NCBI GenBank assembly: GCA_000182565.2
Contig: KQ257458.1
DNA length: 64,000 bases
Strand: one strand, 5' to 3'
DNA from: Spizellomyces punctatus DAOM BR117
Taxonomy: Eukaryota
In this document: positions 37,101 to 50,039 of the stretch, piece after piece
Numbering within the stretch: the first letter of the stretch is position 1
Layout: every line of letters begins with the position of its first letter
Notes under the pieces: model-generated
Database searches by the model: none
What the model was told of the DNA's origin: nothing
What the model saw: the letters and a program-made list of their open reading frames with translations, nothing else
Translations under genes and position numbers: made by a program

Positions 37101-39757
37101 CGAAGAAGGATCCGACGACGTGGAAGTATGGATTTAATGAACCCGAAAAGTCCCTTGGCGAGCCCCTGGTATACTGATGAGCCTTTATTGAGCGATTCGT
37201 TCATGCTTCATGATCATGTAGACCATGATCAGAGACCTGCAATGGGTCTCGTAGAAGAACAACCCATCAGAGTGCATTCACCTATTCGTGGTCTAGCCAC
37301 GAACTTGTTTGAAGACAAGCAAACTGATGGAGCTGTGACCACGGACGGTGAACCTGCTCGGACCGACGGTGAATCAGAAAAGGACAGCGCTCAGAGCGGG
37401 ACTCCCCCAGAAGTTCTCACTTTGACACTCAATGACCCAGATCGTGTGGATGAAGCCATCCAGCTTCTGGAGCGATCTGCGAATTTATACGATCAAATCG
37501 ATCTATTGCACTACCTCCAGTCTTGTCAAGGGCTGGATTATTACATCAAAAACCTCGGTACAATCTCCAGCCTGCTGGAAGAAGTGTACGTCAAGGCAAT
37601 GCATTTGCGACAATGGAGCATTGTGCGGCAGGCGGCAGGGTTGTTGAAGAAGGTTGTCAACTCGTTGACGATCAATGTGGCGGATCTTTTGATTCGTCAG
37701 CGCCCTGTAACAGTGGGCTTTGGAACAGAGGAGACATTTATCACTTCTCCAATGAACCCGGGAGCTTTGAAAGAGTTGATTTATCAACATTGGTACGTCA
37801 TTTTGTGAGTCGTGACCGGATTCCCAGTTGACCTGTGACTGACTTACCTGTGGCAAAACAGCGCCAGCGATGTACGGGAAGCGCCGCTGGTACAAGAGGT
37901 TTTAACTTACCTCGGCTCGTTCATTCGGGGAAATCCACACATGTTCGAAGGTATCATGCGTATTCGCACGCACTTTTTCATCATTGCGATGAGAGAAGAG
38001 ATTTCGCGCTTGAAAGGCTGCAACGAAGAAGAAGCTGTAGAACATCTTATGCAGCTTAGTCCCTACGAAATGAAGAGCGTGCTTGGTCAAGTGCTGGCTG
38101 CTCACGACAATTGTAATGCACCGGATGCAGCGCCGGGATTGTCCTCTGTGGCTCGTTGGAAACATCTTGGCCATGTACAGGTACAGGGAACCGAGTCAAC
38201 TTCATTGAGGCTTTCGAACATTGGAGCCAATTTGCCCACCGAATTGGCGATCAGCGTCCAATCCGCTGGATTTGCGGCTGGCAATTTTGCAAAGATTGAA
38301 GTTAAGCGGGATGGAGCCATTCAAGCCATCCGAGGTGCGCTCGGACGTGGATTGAATGTCGCGGTTTTAGATCCGTTGGATGGAACGGTTTTAGAAAGGG
38401 TGTCATTTGATACTCACATTTCCAAGGAAGAGTCGGAAGATTTCGCGAAATTGGTTGAATGGCTGGAGCCGGGAATGATTGTCGTTGTGGCTGCGATGGA
38501 TGATGCAACGGATCATTTGACAGATACCGCTCTGTCGGCTTGTGAGAGGTTAGGATCCGCTCAAGTGAGGAACGTAAAGTACCGAGACTCGTGGTGCATC
38601 ATTGGTGAAAAGGGTGCCGAAAAGGGCTCTGTACCAGAATCGCATCGTTCTGCAGACAAAGGTCCTACAGACGTGCTGACACGGGACATTGATCTTGGGC
38701 AGCGTCGGAAGAGTATTTTGAATCACGGAGGAACAACATCGAATGCGACGGCGATGACACTGTTGTTGCCTTCGCAGGGCAGGTGGTTGAGGCGCCGAAA
38801 GAATGATGGGGCTTTGAATCGCGTCCCACCAGACTTTTATCCAAAGGTTTGGAATGTTTTGAGTCGAACGGAAGGGATTGTGGTTGGGAAACAGTTTCTG
38901 CCGAGCAATCCAACAGTGTATGAAAAGACTGCAGAGGAACTGAATTTTGGTAAGTATTTTGCAATATTTATGTTTTGAATTTCATTGGCGCTGACAAGCC
39001 TCTTTGTCCAGCTCTGCAAGTGGAATCTCTCCTCGACGTTATCCGCGATCCGGCCGAGCGACAAGTCGCTGCAGAGTGTCTCATGGTCATTTCTCGCATT
39101 GGTGAACGGAACCCTGAGATTCAACTTCGAAAAGGTCGACTGGATCTCATGTCCATTATTCGGGACGCCATCGAGACCTTTTGGAATCAATGGGTCAAGG
39201 AACATGCGTCTTCCCAACAGCCATCTGTTCAAGCGTCGCAACAAACCGATAAAGAGGGAACAGGGGAGATACCCAATCTTGTTCAGCAAGTCATGTCCCC
39301 GCTGCAACCACCTCTAATGAGTCGCACCTCTGGACGATCGTTGAGTGGGTTGAGCGTCAACACCAATGTCGGAGAGGGCCGCTTAAACTCCTCCACAGCA
39401 CTTTACGCAAATTTAGAATGCACACCAGCGCAACAAGCTGGGCTCCTTTCTCAGCCATCCAGTGCCACCTTTACCAATTTCCCCAGTTTGCCTGCTCAAT
39501 CTGGAACCAACAATGTGGGCAATGACTGGAGTTTTGAACGCAATGAGCGGATTGCCCGACGCTTGTTTTTCGATTTGCCTCAGGATGCGATATCGTCCAC
39601 AACGTCCTCGTCCTTTGCAGGATCGGAGACGGATTCTGCATTGGGGAGTATGAGTACGACCTCGTCTACTGTTCATGAAATCGGAGGCACTATGGAATTT
39701 TTAGCGGGTAGCTGTGTGAAGTTGCTCTGTGATGTCAAACTTGGAGGGGGATTTTGA
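34128..39757 (+). CDS. Phosphorylase b kinase regulatory subunit alpha/beta (GH15-like) with inserted ILEI/PANDER domain
   Basis: [114 protein letters not shown]-like block at ~38250-38700. Confidence 0.92.
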
Positions 39758-40752
39758 GACGAAGATGCAGTTCAAGGGAGATGTTGGAATTTGAGGTGTC
39801 TCTCTGGTGCTTGAACCGAGAGAATTTATTTACGGACCAATGACTTGTGTATGTAGATGTTTTTTCCCCCAATGGGTATGTACATCAAATGTGACGGGAC
39901 CAGTCTATCATATCACTATCGATTGGGACATGCACAGAATCCATAGGCACAATATTGCCCAACAATGCCTCATTGTGGCCATCCAGTAAAAGATATCAAG
40001 GGTTTCCTATACCTTGGACCTCGAACCATCTTTTGTTCTTTGCCCGTCCCACAAACAAGTGATTTTGCTGCCTGTGACGTGCGCTAGTGTCCCCTCTGTT
40101 CATCAGCTATGGAGATTAAAAGTTGTGTGTGTGTGTGTCGCAGCCCAAAACTTGTTTGTTCCAATAAATGGTAAAAGGCCGCTGGACGTGCATCGCTACT
40201 ACTACATCACCAAAGCAGAGGCCACCCCGAGGTAACCAGCGGTGGCTACGAGCCTGGTACTCTTAAAACCGGGAACTCGTCTGAAAAAACGTTTGCCTCT
40301 CGCTGTTTTTGCGCATGGGTTTCAATGCAATGACGCCTGACAGCGACACCTGGGGACAAAAAGGTGTTCCAAAACCCCCCAAGTGTCCAGAGGCCCGGAC
40401 TCGGTGCCTTCAATCATGTGAAGTGGCTTGTGCTCCAAATGTGACGCACAAGTGCCACCGCGTGGCTTGTGGACTATCAGCGACGCATCTGATTGGACGG
40501 CCAAGGTGCGGCCTACTTTAAAACGTGTTTCAAAAGCGTTTTACCTGATCGAGCGTCTGCGCCACTTCATAAGCAAAGTTAGAGTGTTGAAACTGGAAGG
40601 AAACGACGACGACGACGACAGGGGGATTTTTGCTTTTAGGTTTTCTTCCTTTAGGTTTTCTTCTTGCTGGAATTTGTCCTTTGTTGTCGAGATTTGCATC
40701 TGCGTTCTTTGGACACTTGCAAAAGCATTCAAGCGTTTTTTTTACTCTTCGG

Positions 40753-40776
40753 CACACACACACACACACACACACA
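40753..40776 (+). repeat. (CA)12 microsatellite
   Basis: Perfect CA dinucleotide run upstream of the SH3 membrane-protein gene. Confidence 0.95.
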
Positions 40777-40840
40777 GATTTACAGAGGTTTTGGCCGTTC
40801 ACGGATCGTGTTCGCCAAAGGGTTTGTTTCTCCGACTTCT

Positions 40841-42428
40841 ATGCCCTCTTTGATAGAGCGCTCGTCACGGCTTAAAAGGAGGTGTAAGGTGTCCGCTGGA
40901 GGCAAACGTAAGTGGAAAACGTATAAAGACAAAGGGCAGAGTTTTGGGGCGAGATGAATCTGACTTTATGAAAATAGGATCGAGGTGTCATAGATCACAA
41001 AATCATGGCTCTAAAAAGAAGCGTCCGATCCCAACGCCCACCATTATCAACCCTGGCGGGGCAGGCGGTCCTATTCGAATCACCTTTACCATTCCACTGC
41101 CAACGAAACCAACCGTCACGGTGATTGGCACTTCGCGACCTCCCATCGTAACACCCATCACCACCATCCTAGAAACCATTCCCAATCCAACCTTCTTTCC
41201 ATCCTTACCGACACCTAGCCCTTCTCCTACACTGCTACCTCTGCCTCCACCTTTACCTACATTTTCATCATCATCATCCTCCTCATCATCATCTTCATCA
41301 GGATCAACGCCAGAACCAACAGTGTTGCCTTCCAACCCCTCACCTACCGACACCCCAAGCCCAAAGGGACCAAGTAATAAAGTAACCGAGCGGCCGACGA
41401 TAGGCTCTTTTCCCACAATCACGCCAACCGGTATCCCTCTCCCAATAGGTTCCAATCCCGGTCTTTCACCCGTTGAGCGAAACGGTATCATCTTGGCCGC
41501 TGTCGCACTTTTGATAATAGGTGCCATTCTAGCATTTTGCTGCGTGAGAAGAAGGAACCGCCGACAATCACAGCAACTAGCAGCAGCTCGTGCCGAGGAC
41601 AGCAATCTCATGGACGGAGCTGCATCGTTGGGCCGAGCCGACAGTGATTTTATCGCATACAGTAGGCCACCTGTTAGTGGGTCCATCAACGGTGCCGGTG
41701 AAAGGGATTCATTAGATATGGGTACGCCGGAAATGTCGGCGCTGGAACGACCGACCACGACCAACACCATCACCGGAATCGTGGACAGATACAATAGCAC
41801 AGCACCTAATCTCGGAGCAGCCGGAGTAATGGGAGCAGCAGCACTAGGCGCAGGCGCCGTTGTGCTCCCCAAAGGCAAACAACGAGACTCGAACGGAACC
41901 ATCACGCGCGACGCGAGTCCAGGCAACCCCAGCGCACTCCCCATGTACCGATTCTCCAAACTATCATTTTCAGATAGTAATGGACAAGAACCTATCGTCC
42001 CTCCCGAACAGATGGCCTTTACACCCACCCCCACACCGCTCGACATCTCCCAACCTTCCGCACCAGGCTCACCCCAACCCTACAACTACACCATTCTCCA
42101 CGGCTGGATTCCACAACGCTCGGATGAATTATTATTAGAATCCGGGGACGCTGTGGCCGTTTATCAGGTGTTTGAAGATGCGTGGTGTGAGGGTGTGTGT
42201 GAGCGAACGGGGTTAGTAGGAATGTTCCCTATGGCATGTTTGAGAGATCCGAGGGGGGAGTCGGTGTCTGGGACGTCGCAGAGGGAACGATCGGTCGCGG
42301 GAAGTGTAGCGAGCTTTTTTGATGGGTTTAAAGGGGTAGAATCAAAGTTGGAGGAAGGAGGTCCAAAGAGGTATTCGAGTGTGTACACTGTGCCGACGTC
42401 GGGTAGGAATCAGGATGGGGAGGAGTAA
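40841..42428 (+). CDS. Single-pass membrane protein with Ser/Thr/Pro-rich N-region and C-terminal SH3 domain
   Basis: PT/S-rich stretch, TM helix GIILAAVALLIIGAILAFCC followed by RRRNRR, SH3 YTILHGWIPQRSDELLLESGDAVAVYQVFEDAWCEG..GMFPMACL; probable first exon 40841-40907 with intron 40908-40977. Confidence 0.8.
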
Positions 42429-42894
42429 AGGTTGGTAGCTGTAACATTTAGGTAGTTGCTTTTGACATTTACTTTTGGAAAGTGGGACTGTTTGGTTTTT
42501 ATTTTTTTTTTTCCTACTTGCCTGTTCTTGTTGGTTTGGTGCATATTGCATACATGTAAGATTGTATATTTCTTGTATCATTTGTGCAGAGAACAATGTA
42601 CATTCTTTGATGGTTGTGATGGACTGCAATTCTTCCTAATTTCGGGTGCTTCATTTCCAAGGCAAAAGTCATTACGTTTTCCTTTCTTCAATCAACTCAA
42701 CCGTTTACAATCTTGGATTAAAAACGTAGAGCACATTCTGGCAAGTGCATGACACTATACTTCTAGGTGCTCGTCTATATTTTTACAATGTGCTTCCAAT
42801 AGTGTTATAATTGGCGACAACAGTAATTGTCCAGGAGATGTCATATAGTAACAAACCATAGCCAAACAAAAAAAAAAGTTCCAAAATATCACAA

Positions 42895-45800
42895 TCATGC
42901 CAATACACTCATAACTCTCTTTGAATCCGATCGATCACCCTGCCCAACACGCATCTTGAATCTCTCCAATTCAGAATTCAATTCCCGAATCTGCTTCTCA
43001 TATGCTGCTTTAAGAGCCGTTTGGTTTTTAATCCACCCTTTTTCAACCTGCACGCGTTCTTGGGTGTGTTGTTCGAGTTTAACGACGATGGCGCGGACTT
43101 TGGCGTCGTAGGTGCGTTGGGCAGTCAGGTGGGCGGATTGGAGGGCATGTTTAAGGTGGGAGATTTGGGTTCGGAGGCGTGTGGTTTCATTGTTGTTTGT
43201 AGGTTGGGAGAGGGTGTACTGAAGTCGAGCTTTTTCTTCAAGAAGAGTTTGGATTTTAGAGTTGGCTTCGTTGAGTTGCGTTGGTGTGGGTTGGTCTCGG
43301 ATGGATTGGAGGGTGTTGAGGAGGGTTTGGATACGGGTTTCAGAGGACTGTCGGTGTTGTTCTAAATAAGAGATGTGCGATTGAAGTTGGGATCGGGTTT
43401 GGGAGAGGGTAGCAATTTCAGTTTGGAGGGTCGTGTAAGTTTTTTCAGCTCGTATTTCAATTTCTTTGCGAAGGGTGCGTTCAGATTCGAGTTGGATTTC
43501 CAGTCTTGTTTTGTCTTGGAGGAGGGTGGGATCGGGGGGTGGATTGGAAGAGAGTTGGTTGAGTCGTTTGGTGAGAGTGGCGAGCTCGGTTTCTCGAGTA
43601 TGCAAAAGAGAGCGTTGGGACTCCAGTTCTCGTTCCAATGTAGACCGTTGATGCTCCCAGGTTGTTTTGGACGTTTTCCAACCATCCAATTCCAACTTGC
43701 TCGCATGAACCTCTTTTTCGAGGACGAGGATACGAGACTCGGCTTCCTCTCGTCCTCGCTCAACCTTTCTCAATGCATCTCTGTTTTGTTTTTCAATCCC
43801 CTTGATCTCGTCTTGAGCAGCTGAAACCAATTCTTCCAACCTCCGCTTTTCGGTCTCCCATTTCAATTTCAGTTGACTCCATTCAGCGGCTTCCCGTGCA
43901 GAGTTCTCCAACAGAGACCTGACAAACCTGTTTTCTTCTTCCAGTCGCAAATGCTCGACTTCAAGGGTTGTAAGCGTTTGTTTGAGATCCAAGAGTGTTC
44001 GCTCGTGATCGGTGCGTTCTTTTGTAAGAAGGATTTCGAGGTCGGATTTTTCGTTCCAGGTTTTACGGGATGTGGATTGAGTTTCCGTAAGGGAGGCCGA
44101 AAGAGTTTTGTTTGTGTTTTCCAAGTCGCCCAGCGTTTGAAGCGTTGATTTCAATTTTGCTTGGGTTTCTTCGAGTTGGGATTGGAGGGATTGAGTTCGA
44201 GCGGTATAGGTAGCCAACTCATCTGAAAGAACGTTTATTTTTTGAGCGTACTCTTCCGATTGGAGTATTGTCGCTTGATTAGCCTTCTCCGCATCGCTTA
44301 CGGCCTGGGTGAGGCGTGCCTCCAGTTCCGTTTTCAAATCACTCAACCGGCGTACTTGATCTTCCAATTCACTGATTCGTGTTATGGGGATCTGGGAGTG
44401 AGACGAGAGATCCAGTATGTGTTGACGTGCACGGTCGTTTTCAGAGGTCAAGTCTGAGATTTTAGCGAGGAGGTTCTTGTTTTGGGTTTGGAGGGAGGTG
44501 ATGGTAGATGCAAGTGTACTTATTTTGGATTCCATGGCTGCTTTGTCTGTCTCGTGTTGCTGGTGTGCCATGTTCAGGAGATTGGTCAGGTTCGTCCGGA
44601 TTGTAAGTGGGATGTGGGAGGTGGTTTGGAGATGAGTGATGAGGGTACCCAGAGTGGGTTGGGTATCGAGTAATTGAACCAAATCACGATCAAAACGAGT
44701 CGTTTCCTGGTCTTTTTGTGATCGCTCTTGTTCAAGGGTTTGTTTGAGAGCCGTTATCATCTCCTCATATTCCGTCTTGATGGTTTCTACTCGTTCATTC
44801 CACTCTTGCTCGCGCTCTTGCATGGATGTCGTGTTGGCCGCTTCGCTTTGCTCGACTTTTAGGATCCATTCCCGTCGTTCAGCTTCCATCGTCTTGGTTT
44901 GCATCTCCAGGGCCTCCTTGAGGCTATCAATCTCTGCAACAAGACTCCGTTCCCATTCCCCTCGTTGAGCTTCCCCGCCTCGCGTTGCCTCCAATTCATG
45001 TCGAAGGGCCTCCATCTCTGTTAGCAACACCCCTTCCCGATCACGTCGTTCAAGAATCTCACGGTTCTTGGTCTCCAATTCCTCTTTGAGCTGCTCAAGA
45101 CGATCCACAAGGTCCTGTTCCCGTTCTTGTTGTTCAGCAAGCTCACGTTCTCGTACCGCCAGTTGTTCTTCGAGACCCCCAACCTGCGCACCCAGCGTCT
45201 CATTCAACCGCCGATAGTCTTCCGCGAGTGAGCGGGCGGTATCCAAGTCATGAGATTGGGAATGAAGGGTGTGGGTCAACGTGTCGATGGTGGATTGATG
45301 GGATTGGAGATCAAGTGCCGTAGATGCAGTTAAACGTTCGAGATGGGACTCAGCGTCCATGGCACGTTGTTGCAAAGTGTTCAAATCAGACTGTAAGGAA
45401 TTGATCGTGTTCTCTTGAGTTTGGGATAAGGACTGGAGGGTTTCGAGTGCGGTTTCGAGAGACTGGATGCGGGTGGTGTGTTGGTGTGTTTCCTCTGCAT
45501 GGGCTTTTTGAAGGTCGGAGAGATTGGTTTCGAGGTCAGAGACAGTAGCCAAGATGGCAGTGTGTTCTGCTTCGCGAGATTGACGAAGGGATTTTTCGTG
45601 GGTGAGGGATTGGGTTAGGGTTTTGAGTTCAGTGTCGTAGTGGTTGAGGAGTGTCAAGAGGTCTTCTTGGGTGGGGTTTGTTTGCTGTTGGTCGGTAGAA
45701 ATGGGTGGAGTCGTGAGGTCTTTAATCTGTTGACGGAGGGTTTCGATTTGTCTGTTTCGGGATTCAATGGCGAGGGATTCGGATTGGAGTTCTTGACGGA

Positions 45801-48800
45801 GAGTTTCAAGGTCGTTGGTGGTTTGTTCCGTGAGGAGGATTGCGCGGTCTTTTTCTTGTTTTTCACGTTCGACGTCAGCGTCTCGTTTCCGAATGTCGCG
45901 CTCAAGGTCTTGAATGCGGAGTGTGAGGGTGTGAGTATGTTGGGCAGAATGTTCGAGTTTGATGGTCGCATTGGAAAGATCTTGAGTTGTTTGATCCAGT
46001 TGATGGGTCGTGCGAACGAGCTGGCGTTTTGTTTCCTTGAGTTCGTCTGCGAGTTCGTCGGTGCGAAATGTGAAATCCGTTTGGATTTGAGTGAGAGTTG
46101 CCCGGGACTGTAATAATTCAGTTTGAAGAGTTTTGAGATCGGATTCAAGACGAGTTATGTAGGCTTCATGTGGATCCGGGGTTATTGTTGTCGTCGTCGA
46201 GTCTTGGCCGTCGGGGTCCTCCAAAGAGTCCAATTCCTCCTCCTCTCTTTCGCCTTCTTTGAGTTCCACTTGATCCTGCGCTTGTCCTTGCCCACGCTCA
46301 AAACCAGCTACACGGCCCCTCAACAACCGAACCTCCCTTTCCAGAACCCTCGTCCTCCTCTTCTCGGCCTCACACATGGCCTCCACTTGAATCACCCGGT
46401 CTTGAGCAGCACCCACCTTTCGCTCCGCCTCATCTGCCCGTCCAGTGGCCGCCCGCTGCTCCTGACCCAACATGGCAGCCCTCGCATCCTCGGCTCCCTC
46501 ATGCTCAGCCAATTGCGCCAATAAATTGGTGACTTGGCTTTCAAGCGCTGCCGCTCGCTTTCGGGATAAATCTCGATGTAAACTGACTTGAGCGAGTTCG
46601 GATTGGGTTTGGTGAAGGAGGGTATATGTGTTTTGAATCTCAGTTTGTTTTTCATCAAGGTTTTTTTCGGCGTGATCTAGGAGGTCCACTGTGGTTGTCA
46701 GACGGGTTGTGAGGTCCGTTAAGGTGTTGTTGAGGTCGGGTGGTGTTGGATACTGCTGTGGAGTGATGGTTGTCAAGAGTTGAGTCCATTGGGTGGGGGT
46801 GGGAGTATCTTGTGTGGGTGTGTACCCGAATTTGGCGCAAAGGAGGTGCCAGACTTGAGTCCATTGAGGGTCGGTCGGCAACTGTGAATCCATTCTTGGC
46901 GAGTCTTCATGCGACGGAACTGCATTTGACGGGTGTTCACTCACCGACTCTGCAGTGATCGGTTCTTTATCGGTTGTGTTTGTTTTCGGTATCGTAATTG
47001 GCACACCTTGGTCAACGCTAGATGCCATCACCTCTTCTTCCTCCATGTTAGACAAATCCATCCCAGTCGAAGCCTCCCCTTCATCACCCGCATCTACACC
47101 CATTTCCACCTCTCCAACTTTATTCTGCACCAGACCTTCATCCATCGTCACCAATGCAGGATCACGATTGGCATCTCCCATTGAATCGCTCTCCTCAGAA
47201 ACACTCTCATCCATTGTATGCACAACATGCAATTTCGTTTCCTCCCTCTGTTTCTCCAAACCATCATCCGCATCAACCTCCTCTACATCCATATCCTCAT
47301 CAGACCCAAACTCGTCATCAAACTCTGACCCACCCACCGCATCCAACAAATCCGTACTCTCATCCTTTTCCACCTGTGAATGCGCACTGGGTACCAAATC
47401 CTACACACAACAACAACAACAAAAAAAATACTCAGCATGAAACTCAAAACCAAAACATATCATTTTACGGTACGTACCGTAAGACTAGCCTTGGATACAG
47501 AAGGAGATCTAGAATGTAATATGGATGATTCCGAGTAGGCTATGGAAGATGTTTCCGAATGAAGGGATGCTTCTACGATAGAGGATTCAGAGTCGAGTGC
47601 GATGGAGATGGCTGATATCTGAAACTATGGTACAGAACGCGGTTTTTGTGAGATATGTGGAAGAGATGGAGCAGTTAAAAGGAGGGGGAAACGTACTTCG
47701 TTTGGGCTGGGTGTGGGGAAAGTGGCCTGGGGTGTTGGTTGGGGTTTTGTGTTTTCTGAAGTATATTCTTCGTCATCTTCATCTTCATCGTGATCTTCTC
47801 CCGTGTCCTCATCCTCACCGTCATCTTCACCTTCATCCTCTCCCACGTCTTCTAGCTGCTTGACTTCATCTTTTACTAGTTCTCCATCTCCATCGCTCTC
47901 CTCATCCTCATCACCCTCCTCATCACCTTCTTCATCACCCTCATCCAAACTCCCAAACTCCAAAACCGGTTCCACCACTCCCGATTCCCCACTCACATCC
48001 TCCACACGCCCCTCATCATCCCCCTCATGAACCCACCCCTTCTTTTCCCTCCTCTCCCACTCCTCCCAGACCTTTGCGTCCTTGTCATCCCTTGGCGTCT
48101 TACCATGCACATCCCGTAAAGACGGGTCCGCTCCATGGGTAAGTAAAAGAGGAATCAGGGCCGGTGGAGATACATGGAGGGGAGTCCTATGAAAACATAA
48201 AGTTCAGACATATGATTGTTTGTGGGTGTGTGTGAGGGGAGTGGACGTACTGGAGGAGATTATTGGGGAGGTTGGGATTGGCGCCTTTGGAGAGGAGGAG
48301 GGGTGTATAGTCCGTATGCGTAAGCAGGGAGTAATGAAGGGGTGTATTTCCATCCTTTAAAAAAAAAAAAATAGTGGTATCAATACAAAAGTGTTAAACC
48401 CACCCAAAATAAAAAGCAATTTGCGAGTGCGAGTTGGTATATTACCTTATCACGAAGATTCACATCCCCACCCACCTCCAAAACCTTTTGAATCCCCTCT
48501 TTACTCCCTCCAACCGCCAAATGCACAATCCCCATCCCGCGTCCATCAACAGCGCCGACATTTGCACCCGATTCAACAAGCAGGGATACACACGCAAGCT
48601 GCCCAGCAAGCACAGCACATAAAAGCGGTGTCCGTCCATCCAGATCACGAGCCTCCATATCGGCATATGGGAGTAAGAGGTTGATACAGGGGATGGAACC
48701 TAGGCGGGCGGCAAGGTGGAGGGCAGTGAAGCCATGGTGAGTGTCCCGTTTGTTTGGATCACGGGTCGAAAGGAGAGATGGGATTTTTTTGAGGTTGGAA

Positions 48801-49063
48801 GTGTACACTGCTTTATGGAGTGTGTTGAGTTTTTTGGGGTTGATGGGTGGCAAGGTGGGTGTCAATGACTGGGCAAGGGTGGATGATATAGATGCGGAGG
48901 TGCTACGAGAGCGTGGTCGGAGCATGTTGCGGAAACTGGTGCTGAGAGAAGGGGAGCGGCCTCGAGGGGAACCTTTCGGGGACCCGCGGGGAGAACCATC
49001 TCGACTATCTTGATGGTCGTCTTGGCTTTCGCGGGATTTGCGGAGAGAGAGTTTACGGATCAT
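42895..49063 (-). CDS. Ankyrin-repeat plus acidic linker plus very long coiled-coil protein (ANKRD26/RAI14-like architecture)
   Basis: ORF 48380-49063 has ankyrin repeats (LHKAV..GFTALHLAARLG, GRTPLLCAVLAG); further ankyrin exons at ~48.1-48.35 kb; acidic exon 47625-48110; the 1500-aa coiled-coil ORF 42895-47397 has no ATG start and is preceded by a splice acceptor. Confidence 0.75.
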
Positions 49064-50039
49064 TTGGAGATTTGTTGGTTTTTGGGATTTATTTTGAAAG
49101 CTCGTTTATAAAAAAAAAACTTGCAAAAAAATAACCATATAACAAATCCTCCCAGAAAAACATACAAGATCCCACTCTAGTAAGACAAAAAGAATGGAGA
49201 CGCGCGCAACTGATAAACCCATACACACCCGACCGATCGGGCCAAAAGCACATGCACCCCATATACACATACACTTCCTACATACGCCTCCTACATATAT
49301 ATATGCAGCTACCTACACATATACCATACATGCATACAACAAAAGAATAACCGGCAACATGATATGAAAGACTGGCAAGATCCATACATTCTACATGCAA
49401 CCATAAAGACCTCAACGCCTCCGATAACACAAACCAATACACACTTTCTGCATTCCATCCTTCTGGTAACTATCCTACCCGCACATGCAACACATTTTCC
49501 AAGTCAATTTGCATCTACCCACATCTTCCCAATCTTCTCATCCTCTTTGGTCAACATCCCCGCACAACCCAGAGCGGAGGGGGATTACGTACACAGCCAA
49601 GCCACTCGCGCGTCACTGCAAGTCACCATCAATTGGAGATACACACGACCATCACCGACAACAAGATGAGGATAAAAGGATATAATACTATACACTTACC
49701 CATATGCAAAATTAAGGTATGGATATATTGCCTTTTAAAAACAAACCATGCAAAAACCTACCTATACGTGAAAACCCCATTTCAAAAATGTACACTCTCA
49801 TTGCAAAATATAATATAGTCATACTCCAATGTGCACGCACACACTTTGCTTTGTTTTGTTTTGTTTGAACATGGTTCAAAATAGATTACCCAAAATCCCC
49901 AAGAAAAAAACACAAAAACACCACATGTATATATACATGAAAAAAAAAACAATATCAAACGGAGACGGGTGTGATAAACACACCATGATATCAAATAGAG
50001 TAAAAAAAAAAAAAACACCTCCCTCCCCCCAGCGAGTGC

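Noticed and set aside
41003-42046. 347-aa antisense ORF, and the many antisense ORFs over 43-47 kb
   Set aside because: Shadow ORFs from low-complexity, biased codon use on the real coding strand.
47625-47700. In-frame stop seeming to split the ankyrin and coiled-coil parts
   Set aside because: The stop lies at the 3' end of a gtacgt..ag intron on the minus strand.
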